From a virus, in the IMG/VR virus record IMGVR_UViG_3300042862_000066, positions 55,398-119,397 of that record: a stretch of DNA of 64,000 bases; one strand, written 5' to 3'. Under the pieces are notes generated by a model. The model did no database searches. It was given only the letters and a program-made list of their open reading frames with translations, and was not told where the DNA came from. This document shows, one piece after another, positions 1-9,370 of this stretch (within the stretch, counting starts at the first letter, position 1; the number at the start of each line of letters is the position of its first letter). A program made the position numbers and the translations under genes.

Positions 1-3000
1 AAAGATATGTAATTATTCATTGTACGAGATACCCCTAGAGAAATATCGTACTTATAATAGTTTCCGTTCTTAATAATATTCGTATCAAACAATGCTTCGG
101 TATCCGTGTAACCATAAGGATCGTAGATCTGTTCTTCCGGTCTATCTCCGTAATCTCTATAGTCAGCATTATATTCAGATTCAACAAAGAAGTCTCTAAT
201 ACCAGATTGGAATAAATACATGTACGCACTCCTTACGCCTAATCTAAATCTACCATGTCCTTGAGAGTATCCTGTAGTATAAAAACCAGTTCCTATATTA
301 CCACCATCTAAATTATAGAAAGCATATGCTCCGATTTTAGTCTGTGTTTGGGACGCATTAACGTTTCCTGGATTAGTAATAGTAATTTGAGAAAATGCAG
401 CACCAACTTGTTGGATAAAATCATCGGCTGAGAAACTTTGGAAGTTAGCCCAAAAGCGAGGATAGGTTACCATATACTTTAGAGTATAGTTTATCTCAAC
501 CCCGTCTGGTACATTATATAACCAGTCATAAAAATAAAAGAATGTGTTCTTCTCAGTATATCTGCTAATGTAAGTATCTCCACCAAATATGTCAGGGGTA
601 CTTTGAACAACAACTTGTCCAGCAAGAGATTGCGGAAGAGGCGTTTCACCAAAAAGACCGGATCTAATTAAATGAGAACATCCTGTAGTAATCTGATTGG
701 TCGATGCTATCTGACCATACTGGTTTCTAAATCTAACTTTTAAAGCTCCGTGATACGCAGCGCCTGTAGCATAAAACTTACCAGCACTAGGATTATCATT
801 AGTAATACCTTTATTAACTACACCTGTCTGTGCAAGCTGTACAGATCCAATTGTTTGAACAGATCTATCTACAACTGCTGCGACATTAAGCATTGTTCGA
901 CTAGTGTGAATAGCAACACATCGTGATCTATAGAGATTATTAACACGTTTATCTCCAAGTATTTGAAACTGATTATCTAGATAAGTACTTTGTACTATTC
1001 GACGACGCGTATTCCCTAGAAGGATTCCGCCCTTTTGAAATTTAAATAGTTTTATCTCAGAACGAGATCGCATAACGTATTCTCTAAAAGGTACAATAGC
1101 TCTAATTAATTCTATAGCTTGTTCTGTTCCTTGTGCCCAGTAGTAACCAAATGCTAAGAATCCACCAGCTGCTTTAAATCCATTAGGAGTATATCTATAA
1201 TCAGATAATTCAGTACTGTTATCATACCTAGATCCTGTTCCTCCTACAACACCACTTAAAGTTACGTTTATACCTCCCCACGCCAAAGCTAATGTTGCTA
1301 ATGCAGCATCCTGACCACTTACCGCAATACCAGCGTTATTAAATACGCTAGATAGAGCTTGGCTATAAGTAGCAGCTGCAGTAGCTGCTAAAGCACCATT
1401 TATACTAGAAGAAACAACGGTAGTCGCACCCGTACCATTTATCCCTGAGTTTTGTGCACCAGGGCTAACTGAAGTGCGAATATCTCTACCTCTCATTGCT
1501 CTAAAAGCAATACCTAATCCTACAACAGCTCCTATTAATAAAGCCATGTTGGTAAGTAGCTTTTCTTTAGGATGTCCTGGTACTGGCTCAAAGCGACCCT
1601 CCATATTATAGTTAGAACCTTTTTCACCATAGAATTTTAATTCTACTGCAGATAGATAAGGGTATTCAAAATTAGTATCAGGTGAATGAAATGTATAGTA
1701 ATCTCTTTTTAAATAAGTGGGAGGGCCCAGCGACGTAATATTACTACTAGTCTCATCACCTGATACAAGAGTAAAATCAACACTTTGATAGTTACTTACA
1801 TAGTTAGGATATAGTATTTCAGTATCGTCTGCCTGATAATTATTAGATGGTCCGCGCTCTTTATATGAACGCATGTTATTTACAATACCTTTTGCAATAA
1901 CTGATTTATTTCCTTGACGAGAAGATCTTAATATCTCGTATCCTACAATACCTGGTATAATTTTACCATCGTTATCTACAGGTGCTTTTATGTTAGAAAA
2001 CTGCGCACCTAGTATTCTAATAGCTACAGGAGTAGTTGGTGTAACACCAAGTATAGGACTATCAACTCCATCTATTGATCTAATATGCGAAAAGTTATCG
2101 TTATTATAAAAATCACCTATGCCACTTCCATCTGAATGGAAAACGTCTGATGGCATCTTGTGATGGCGAATGTTTCTACCACATAAATCATAGGTATAAT
2201 TATTTGCATTAATTGTAAATAATGATGGATTAGATGTAGGATTCCAAACCTCCGGTTTATTGTCAGGATACTTTTCTGTAGATTCCCAGTATCCCATTTT
2301 ACCTCTTGCTATTATAGTACCCTGTGTAAGAGAAACAGGATAGTTTGATACAGGTAAGGACAAGGCATTTGATGTAGGGTATGCTGTATTATATACCTCC
2401 CAAATTTTTGTTTGATAGGTATTATCCTCTTGCCATTCTATATTATCATCTGATGCTGTACCTGCAATAGCCTCTTCCCAGGCAAATGGCGGTCTACCCG
2501 GTATATGGTATGAGCTAGATTTTTTGCCATCGTTATATACCCATCTAATCCAAAAGGCGTATACCTCATCTCGCATGTAACCTATTATATTACCGCCTTT
2601 TTTATAGTAGTCAAACGGTTGCTCTGTCATTATCCATTCCGTACCAATTTGATTTGCAAAAGGCTGGTAATTAAAGTCTAACCTATCTGTAGGAGCAACT
2701 CTAATTAAATAACCGTTGACATCATACATAGCTTCTGACTTTTCATAGCCAGGTGTACGCAATGGGACAGTACCAAGAGGCACTACGTTTAATGTAGGCG
2801 CTATAAAGTCAACACTTAAACTTGTAGTTCTAGTGCTATAATATCCAATTTCTGTAGCAACTGTTTGTTGATTTGTTGTAGATACAATAACCAATTGAAA
2901 CTGCTCAAAATTATCTGTATCTAAATTTGAAAACGTAATGTCTAAAGAGCTTCTTGCGTTACCATGAACAAACAAGGATTGTATTTCTGATGGATTAAAA

Positions 3001-3767
3001 TAATCTGTCATTCTTTGCTCATTCAATGAATAAGCTATTACAGCATAATATGACCCGTTTAATAATTGTCCTCCGCCTAAACCCCTACTTATAGATACGC
3101 AGGGTATTGACATAAGTTGACTTAATCTTATTTTATCGCAATCTAACTGAAGAGGTAAAAGAGGTTCGCATACTACACAATATGCCCCTCCTCCTGGAGT
3201 TGTACCATTTGGATCATTTGGAGATGTATTAGTTAACTGACATACATAGGGTACTCCGGGCCAAGGTTCATTATTAAATATATTTGGGGAGGGACCTTCT
3301 AAAGATCCTATGTTCATAACCCGACTAGGATTTAATCCATCGTCCCAATAAAGGTCATAGCTACAGTCAAACTTAGCTTTGGAATCTCCAATTATTAAAT
3401 TTTGTCTATTGAATGATAAACATCTATCATTTACAATAGCCGTGTATGTGCAAGAGGGCTGGTGAAATAATCCTATTTCACAATCAGTATCATCGGTAGA
3501 GTATATTATAAAATAATCTTGGACAACAGGGATGCTACCAATAATCGTATAAGGCGCCTGCGTACAAAATTCATTTGCCGGCTCATTACCTAGTAGACCA
3601 ATGTCTCCAGACTTACTGTTATTTGCAGCATTCCTTGCATGATTCCACGTTCCTTCTGGAGCAAAACTAACATCGTAGTCTTTAACCATTCCTTTGTTAA
3701 AGGAGTTAGTCGTAGAATCAGATGATTGCTGAGAAGGGTTATTACTAGCTTGTTGTTTTTTAGCCAT
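1..3767 (-). CDS. Large crAss-like tail stabilization / muzzle-like protein (partial, runs off window edge; missing from ORF track)
   Basis: ATG at 3767-3765 gives MAKKQQASNNPSQQSSDSTTNSFNKGMVKDYDVSFAPEGTWNHARNA...LYWDDGLNPSRVMNI. The same frame is open at the left edge (..GNYYKYDISLGVSRTMNNYIS). The N-terminal F-x-KGM-x-KD and YWDDG-x-NP-x-R motifs and the position after ring/IHF genes match crAss-like Tstab. Confidence 0.8.
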   Translation of the reverse strand, partial: MAKKQQASNNPSQQSSDSTTNSFNKGMVKDYDVSFAPEGTWNHARNAANNSKSGDIGLLGNEPANEFCTQAPYTIIGSIPVVQDYFIIYSTDDTDCEIGLFHQPSCTYTAIVNDRCLSFNRQNLIIGDSKAKFDCSYDLYWDDGLNPSRVMNIGSLEGPSPNIFNNEPWPGVPYVCQLTNTSPNDPNGTTPGGGAYCVVCEPLLPLQLDCDKIRLSQLMSIPCVSISRGLGGGQLLNGSYYAVIAYSLNEQRMTDYFNPSEIQSLFVHGNARSSLDITFSNLDTDNFEQFQLVIVSTTNQQTVATEIGYYSTRTTSLSVDFIAPTLNVVPLGTVPLRTPGYEKSEAMYDVNGYLIRVAPTDRLDFNYQPFANQIGTEWIMTEQPFDYYKKGGNIIGYMRDEVYAFWIRWVYNDGKKSSSYHIPGRPPFAWEEAIAGTASDDNIEWQEDNTYQTKIWEVYNTAYPTSNALSLPVSNYPVSLTQGTIIARGKMGYWESTEKYPDNKPEVWNPTSNPSLFTINANNYTYDLCGRNIRHHKMPSDVFHSDGSGIGDFYNNDNFSHIRSIDGVDSPILGVTPTTPVAIRILGAQFSNIKAPVDNDGKIIPGIVGYEILRSSRQGNKSVIAKGIVNNMRSYKERGPSNNYQADDTEILYPNYVSNYQSVDFTLVSGDETSSNITSLGPPTYLKRDYYTFHSPDTNFEYPYLSAVELKFYGEKGSNYNMEGRFEPVPGHPKEKLLTNMALLIGAVVGLGIAFRAMRGRDIRTSVSPGAQNSGINGTGATTVVSSSINGALAATAAATYSQALSSVFNNAGIAVSGQDAALATLALAWGGINVTLSGVVGGTGSRYDNSTELSDYRYTPNGFKAAGGFLAFGYYWAQGTEQAIELIRAIVPFREYVMRSRSEIKLFKFQKGGILLGNTRRRIVQSTYLDNQFQILGDKRVNNLYRSRCVAIHTSRTMLNVAAVVDRSVQTIGSVQLAQTGVVNKGITNDNPSAGKFYATGAAYHGALKVRFRNQYGQIASTNQITTGCSHLIRSGLFGETPLPQSLAGQVVVQSTPDIFGGDTYISRYTEKNTFFYFYDWLYNVPDGVEINYTLKYMVTYPRFWANFQSFSADDFIQQVGAAFSQITITNPGNVNASQTQTKIGAYAFYNLDGGNIGTGFYTTGYSQGHGRFRLGVRSAYMYLFQSGIRDFFVESEYNADYRDYGDRPEEQIYDPYGYTDTEALFDTNIIKNGNYYKYDISLGVSRTMNNYIS

Positions 3768-3769
3768 GA

Positions 3770-4723
3770 TTAAACACCGTTATTTACTCTTAGGTTACTC
3801 ATTGGACTAGGATATGACTTAAACATATCATAGTACTTACCATACATTGCTTTACGATTCATAGTCCATACCTTTTCCATCTCAGAGAAATTAGGAGTAT
3901 TAACTACAGAGAGGGCATTATTTCTTGCTCCGCGATATTCCTGAGCAACCAATTGAATTTGATTAGCTACATTTACCCCGTCCATCATTAAGTTTTCAAG
4001 TATACGTTTCTTCAATCCGTATTCATAATACTCGTTAAGATAAGGATGATCAGGAACCATTAAATGTCCATCAGCATCCTCTAAAGTTCCCTGGTAGTTT
4101 ATATAAATTTTAGCTTCATCTGTACACTGATTATTACCATCAGTACTTCTACGGTCATGATGATCACGCGTATTAAGATAAAGCCAACCGTCTTTAATAT
4201 AAGCTTCATCTCTTGCCATAGACTGAAGATTTGGACAATCGCAATCTATAAATTGTGAGTTTCTAAATCTAATCGGAGCAAATGTTTTATATGTTCTAGT
4301 CTGATTATTAATTACTTGAATCAACTGATACTCCGTACCACATTGTGTTAAGCATACTGGTTGGGACGGTAAGGATACGTCTGAACAATAGTTAGCCTCT
4401 ACCCAGGGTCTCCATTCTGGAGTAACATCTTGAATATTAGTACCTTGCGGCATACTTACGTTCTCTGTGTATTCTCCGCATATCAATGCGAAGTTCATTA
4501 CAAAGAAATCATCCGGTAAACGAACGCGACCTTTTTCTACGTATAATAATCTTTCTTTAGTCATGTATATACGTAGACCAAGATCATAATTGATACGTGT
4601 AGCTACTTTAAGTAACTGCGAAGGATCTACGCTTCCATCGGTAACTAAACTTTTTAAATCAAGCTTGACATCTTCAAGTAGTGATTCAAAAGTTCTATAT
4701 TTAAGAGTATAATTATAGTTCAT
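3770..4723 (-). CDS. Putative tail tubular / ring protein
   Basis: 317 aa; LPDDFF and GHLMVPDHPYLNEYYEY motifs; lies directly upstream of the tail stabilization gene as in crAss-like phages. Confidence 0.6.
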   Translation of the reverse strand: MNYNYTLKYRTFESLLEDVKLDLKSLVTDGSVDPSQLLKVATRINYDLGLRIYMTKERLLYVEKGRVRLPDDFFVMNFALICGEYTENVSMPQGTNIQDVTPEWRPWVEANYCSDVSLPSQPVCLTQCGTEYQLIQVINNQTRTYKTFAPIRFRNSQFIDCDCPNLQSMARDEAYIKDGWLYLNTRDHHDRRSTDGNNQCTDEAKIYINYQGTLEDADGHLMVPDHPYLNEYYEYGLKKRILENLMMDGVNVANQIQLVAQEYRGARNNALSVVNTPNFSEMEKVWTMNRKAMYGKYYDMFKSYPSPMSNLRVNNGV

Positions 4724-5388
4724 GATCTAAGCGGGGATTGTTTATCTGAAATAAATTGATCTTGAGGTATCTGAAGAGACTTAAAGAAGTCAGCAACAAC
4801 CTGTTGTTCTATCTCTGCAAAAAGCTCAGGAGGTACTCCTAGTAATTCGTCTTGACGTTGCATACAAGGATCCTCACAAGAGAATCCCATAACGCCTGCA
4901 TCAAATATTCCCTCTACTGATAATCCTTCCCATTCAACATTTGGAATATAGATATAGTTATCCATAAGCCAGAAGTAAGTGTTTTTGTTATACCTAAAAG
5001 CAGATGTCTTACTCATACTATTGTATAAGGATGGAGTTGTCCGATAAGCCTCTGTAAATCCATCCATAGATGTTACTGTACGTAATAGCGGGCCTTGGGG
5101 TCCTTCCATTACATTAGGTATTCTAGTTTGTGTACGTTTAATTGTACAGCCGGATTTAGGTTCACAGCATGCTTCTACTTTGTCTACATCAATTAGCGGT
5201 ATACACGGTAAGCGTTTAAACATACTGGAGAATTTTGTTCCCGTTCCCTGGTTACTTTGACGCTTAATGTATACGCTAGCGTACTTCATTATAAGGCTAT
5301 AGATAACACGGTCTGTAACAAAGTCATCCATGTCTACAGCCTTAATAATGTTTCTAACTCGAGATACTGCTTCTCCTACTGTTTTCAT
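4720..5388 (-). CDS. Putative virion ring / neck protein
   Basis: 222 aa, overlaps the next gene (ATGA); synteny with the crAss-like tail module. Confidence 0.5.
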   Translation of the reverse strand: MKTVGEAVSRVRNIIKAVDMDDFVTDRVIYSLIMKYASVYIKRQSNQGTGTKFSSMFKRLPCIPLIDVDKVEACCEPKSGCTIKRTQTRIPNVMEGPQGPLLRTVTSMDGFTEAYRTTPSLYNSMSKTSAFRYNKNTYFWLMDNYIYIPNVEWEGLSVEGIFDAGVMGFSCEDPCMQRQDELLGVPPELFAEIEQQVVADFFKSLQIPQDQFISDKQSPLRS

Positions 5389-5390
5389 AA

Positions 5391-5978
5391 TTAATCTATT
5401 AGATCAAATTCGTTATATTCTTTTAACTTTTCTTTTGTCTGCCTAACTATTCGATTCTTCATACTTGCCTTATCAAATAGCTTTGATACAGTAAACATCT
5501 TATCTATTACTATAAACTTCTTCCAGTTATCTCTGAACTCTTTAGTAACAGCCCGTTTAAAATATCGGTTAGCAGTAAATCCCCACAGAACTCTATCTCT
5601 TAGTTTATATCGAGACTGGTAGTTACTATAGAATATCTTACTAATGTAACCATCTGTATCCCAGTTCTTATGGGTAACTTTAACGCCATACTTAATTGAC
5701 TTACCATAATCCACGTTTTCTTTAGTAGGTTGCTGACAAGCACCTATAAATAGATAACCTAGATTTTCTGGTAACTCTATACCATCTCTGTTTTCAATTG
5801 TTTCTCTCCAAAGCTTTTCGTTAAAAGCCTTTACTATTTTTTTAGTTAACGCGTGGTCAACATCTTTATGTTCTGGATACTTAGCTTTAAAGTCTTTAAG
5901 ATACTGTTTAGTAATTAACTTAACTTTTGGTGCTCTATATCTTGGGGCATTTAGGTCTGGTTTTTTGAAGTTCTGCAT
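5391..5978 (-). CDS. IHF/HU-like DNA-binding protein (crAss-like IHF family)
   Basis: Basic protein; helix pair followed by GIELPENLGYLFI, similar to the HU/IHF 'V.L.GFG.F' strand; IHF-like genes typically flank the crAss tail genes. Confidence 0.55.
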   Translation of the reverse strand: MQNFKKPDLNAPRYRAPKVKLITKQYLKDFKAKYPEHKDVDHALTKKIVKAFNEKLWRETIENRDGIELPENLGYLFIGACQQPTKENVDYGKSIKYGVKVTHKNWDTDGYISKIFYSNYQSRYKLRDRVLWGFTANRYFKRAVTKEFRDNWKKFIVIDKMFTVSKLFDKASMKNRIVRQTKEKLKEYNEFDLID

Positions 5979-6118
5979 ACGCCTTAGTACAATTTACGAA
6001 ATTTATTCTAGCTTTAAAAGTAATACATCATTGAATACTAAACAAATATAGTGAAAAACCCCCAAGCCATTGCCTGAGGGTCTCTCTTGTTTAGTCACGC
6101 TAAACCAACAAACGTGGA

Positions 6119-6685
6119 CTATAATGCCGGTAGTGTCTTTATAATTATAATAGCGCTGGTAGAACTTGCTCCAGCATCTATACAATTTGTTCTTACTTGA
6201 AAATAATAATTAGTATTAGGAGTTAACAAACTAAGGGTATAACTATTAGTAGTTAGGTTAGCCGTAGATGTCCATATCCCAGGAATAGTTCCGTAATCTA
6301 CATTATAATAATCAGCTCCAGTAAGTTCCCAGGTAAGTATGATAGCTGTAGTACCTACATAACTAGGATGCACGTTGATAGGTGGCAAACAGTCAAGGTC
6401 TACACTTTGTACAGACATAGCCTGATAAGCATTTTCTAATGATGCTCCTGCTGGTAATGCGGGATAATTATCACCGCCTGCAAACCAATTACCAAACTGA
6501 TATATAGAATATAGAGAACTATGTTTTACACAGGTGTCTATAATAGTCTCAAAGCACGGAGTTGGATCCGGGCAAGTTATATCAGGGGGACATGTAAAGA
6601 CAGCAGCAGTTGTAAGGGGTAAATCCTTACAACTGCATTTGTTAGTTGATGATACGGTATTAGAACCGCAAGTTGTGCAAGCCAT
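6119..6685 (-). CDS. Cys-rich protein with C-terminal fibronectin type III domain
   Basis: PPINVHPSYVGTTAIILTWE...YNVDY...YTLSLLTPNTNYYFQVRTNC is a typical FN3 pattern. Confidence 0.7.
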   Translation of the reverse strand: MACTTCGSNTVSSTNKCSCKDLPLTTAAVFTCPPDITCPDPTPCFETIIDTCVKHSSLYSIYQFGNWFAGGDNYPALPAGASLENAYQAMSVQSVDLDCLPPINVHPSYVGTTAIILTWELTGADYYNVDYGTIPGIWTSTANLTTNSYTLSLLTPNTNYYFQVRTNCIDAGASSTSAIIIIKTLPAL

Positions 6686-6697
6686 ATTTTTAATTTA

Positions 6698-8176
6698 TTA
6701 AGCTGTCTCTACTGATTGATAAGCGCAGTCTTTTATAAGACCGCCTATAATAACTCTTACTCTAACTTGATAAGTAGTACTTGCTATAAGTCCAGATAAC
6801 GTTCCTGTTATAGCACCTACTGCTGGGTTTACAATAGTAGCTGTTGTTACTACAGCCGTTAGACCATTGTTCCAACATTCTACAATATATGTTACACCGC
6901 CTGCGATAGCATTAGCAAAGCTAAAGTCTATATAGTCAAAAGGTGCGCCTACAGCATAGCTCATAGCTGGACAAGTATCATTGTTTTCTACTCCTACTGT
7001 TAAGCACTTATTACATGTAAGGTCTCCGTCAGAAGCACATACATCTAGTTTAACTGTGTAGTCTGTGAATAAACTTAGTAGGGTAGTTGAAAGATCAATA
7101 TTTTGAGTAGCTCCTCCAAGATTAGGGATTACTGAAATTTGCTCAGTATATGTTAGACCGAATGCATCAGTAATTGTAATAAACATACCGCTTGCAAAAC
7201 AGTCTACAAAAGATCCGGCAGATCCAGTAAATGCTACTTCTATATTAGGGCTAGTAAATTGAGCATCCATTACTATTTGAACATCATCACAACTTGTATT
7301 ACAACAGTTTGTAACTACGCTTTGTAGAGCAGAACGCATGTCGCATAATGTAACCCATAGGTTATTTACAGCTGCTGACATAGTATTAACATCTCCTGCG
7401 TTTATCCAACCTGGTAAGCCGGTCATTGCTATTGTAGGATTGCTTAAGGTTGGCGATGCATCAAGATTAACACATTGCTGTCCAATAGCTGATGTAATTG
7501 CTACAGGATTCCCGGTAGCCGTTTGTAAAGCACAGAAATCTGCTTCAAGAGCTTCTACAAACTCTACTATAGGAATATTACTACTACCTGTTAGTACGCA
7601 TGTCCCAGAAGCAATAATAAGTTGATCCTTAACAGATTTAACTAGACCCCCTGCTGGAAATACAACCTGCGCGATAGAGTCAATCTCTTTAGTATGCTGA
7701 GTAAGAGTTTTATTTATGGTTACTGTACCTTCTATAATTCCACAAATAGTATTTCCAATTAACGTAGCAAAGTCAGTAACTGAAAGTTGAACAACCATAT
7801 CCCCTAAAGGATTAGGAAATTGCAAACATTCAGGAACTGGTACTAAGCAAGCTAATGTAGTAGCGCAATCAGCAGGAGTCATAGATGCGGGAGTACTTTG
7901 CATAGCGCAAAGCTGATCCAAAATAAATTGGATAATATCTTTAACACTCTCCGGTCTAGGGGAAATAGGAGGAAAACAATCTACGTCAAATCCTGATACT
8001 TTTAAATCATCAAGAAGAGTACATAACTGTACAGCCATCTTATAAGTTACATCGGAAATGCTATCTCCTTTGCATAAGTTAATGCAGGAGATGTCTGGTC
8101 CTTGCCAGGTAACACAGTTACTTGATAACGGTGTACAGCCTCTCTGTGTATTTGTAGGTTCTAGTGGAAGTGCCAT
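6698..8176 (-). CDS. Cys-rich structural protein with C-terminal FN3-like domain
   Basis: 492 aa; N-terminal CTPLSSNCVTWQGPDISCINLCKGD; C-terminal LSGLIASTTYQVRVR. Confidence 0.6.
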   Translation of the reverse strand: MALPLEPTNTQRGCTPLSSNCVTWQGPDISCINLCKGDSISDVTYKMAVQLCTLLDDLKVSGFDVDCFPPISPRPESVKDIIQFILDQLCAMQSTPASMTPADCATTLACLVPVPECLQFPNPLGDMVVQLSVTDFATLIGNTICGIIEGTVTINKTLTQHTKEIDSIAQVVFPAGGLVKSVKDQLIIASGTCVLTGSSNIPIVEFVEALEADFCALQTATGNPVAITSAIGQQCVNLDASPTLSNPTIAMTGLPGWINAGDVNTMSAAVNNLWVTLCDMRSALQSVVTNCCNTSCDDVQIVMDAQFTSPNIEVAFTGSAGSFVDCFASGMFITITDAFGLTYTEQISVIPNLGGATQNIDLSTTLLSLFTDYTVKLDVCASDGDLTCNKCLTVGVENNDTCPAMSYAVGAPFDYIDFSFANAIAGGVTYIVECWNNGLTAVVTTATIVNPAVGAITGTLSGLIASTTYQVRVRVIIGGLIKDCAYQSVETA

Positions 8177-8213
8177 ATATATAATTTACTGTTTTTTTAT
8201 CTATTATCAAAAT

Positions 8214-9368
8214 TTATCCTCCGCATAATAAGCATGGCAAAACACCATCTTCTAAAACTATACTTGTAATATTTGCTGAGGTCATAGTATATGTTTGAAA
8301 AGTAGGATCGGAACCAGCAACTATTGTAAATCCAATTGCCCATAAACAATTACCATTATAATTAAATACGTATCCAGAAAAAGGATCCAGGCTATCTAAA
8401 ATATTATAATCAAGTACCAGATTAAATTGAGGACAAAGATTAGCACCTCCGCTAGGGGCACTTCCATCTAAACATGTTGTACAACCAAATGTACCTGGAG
8501 CATCACCGTAGGCTCCTACTGTAAATGTGTATGTTACGGGAGGAACTGGGGGTATAAAAGGATTGCCTGAAGGTTCTGGGCATACCACTGGAGTAACTGG
8601 TGTTGTTATTATACATGCTGTTGGATCCGTCATTACTGAATAATCAGATTGCTCTTTCTTAATCCAAAGTTTATCTAAGTCTATTGTATCACAACAGTTA
8701 CCATATCCGTTTTTAAGACCAAGGAATAACTTGTAATATCCGTTAGCAAATTTGATATTAGCATTAATATCACATGCTCCTTGTGTAAACTGATAGAATA
8801 ATCTAGGGGATAGTGGGGTTGTTTCAGAATAAGGTAACGGTAATGTCTCAGGGGAGCTTCCGGGTACTGGGAAAGGATCTGGTGATGGAGGATAAGATTC
8901 TCCTAAACAACAGGTGCAACCATCGATACCAAAGGCATTTAAAAATGTTACCGTTTCAGTAGCGGCAAGAGCAACTATAGTTACTTCCCAGCATCCGGGA
9001 TATTCTTCAATAGTTATAACGGATCCATCATAGATAGGATCAATACCGTCAACAATTAACGTGCTTGCATCTTGACAATTTGTTAATTGTATACCTTCTA
9101 CAGGACAGCCTGCTGTTCCAAAAGTAACAGTAATAATACTTAGGGCAATGCTATTAAGGCAATTTGTTCCATAATCTGGACAACTACTGAGACAGCAAAT
9201 TGAATCAGCTATCCATGTTCCTGGTAATGACGGACTTGTTGTTGAAAAATTATTACCTAGTTCGCTAACCCATGTGTTATAAGTAGTGGCAAATTCTGGA
9301 CCAGTATTAATCCATACTATAGTACCTGTTTCACAATTAATTGCTTTTAAGCAGCAGCTTTGAATCAT
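8214..9368 (-). CDS. Cys/Pro-rich putative virion protein
   Basis: Likely start at ATG 9368, just after the upstream stop; contains a Cys module (IQLTNC...EYPGCW...CTCC) like those at the C-terminus of the upstream gene. Confidence 0.55.
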   Translation of the reverse strand: MIQSCCLKAINCETGTIVWINTGPEFATTYNTWVSELGNNFSTTSPSLPGTWIADSICCLSSCPDYGTNCLNSIALSIITVTFGTAGCPVEGIQLTNCQDASTLIVDGIDPIYDGSVITIEEYPGCWEVTIVALAATETVTFLNAFGIDGCTCCLGESYPPSPDPFPVPGSSPETLPLPYSETTPLSPRLFYQFTQGACDINANIKFANGYYKLFLGLKNGYGNCCDTIDLDKLWIKKEQSDYSVMTDPTACIITTPVTPVVCPEPSGNPFIPPVPPVTYTFTVGAYGDAPGTFGCTTCLDGSAPSGGANLCPQFNLVLDYNILDSLDPFSGYVFNYNGNCLWAIGFTIVAGSDPTFQTYTMTSANITSIVLEDGVLPCLLCGG

Positions 9369-9370
9369 AA

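Noticed and set aside
1-3767. Apparent 3.7-kb ORF desert in the track, including ORF 35..229
   Set aside because: Artefact: a single long minus-strand gene lacks its stop inside the window; 35..229 is an off-frame shadow
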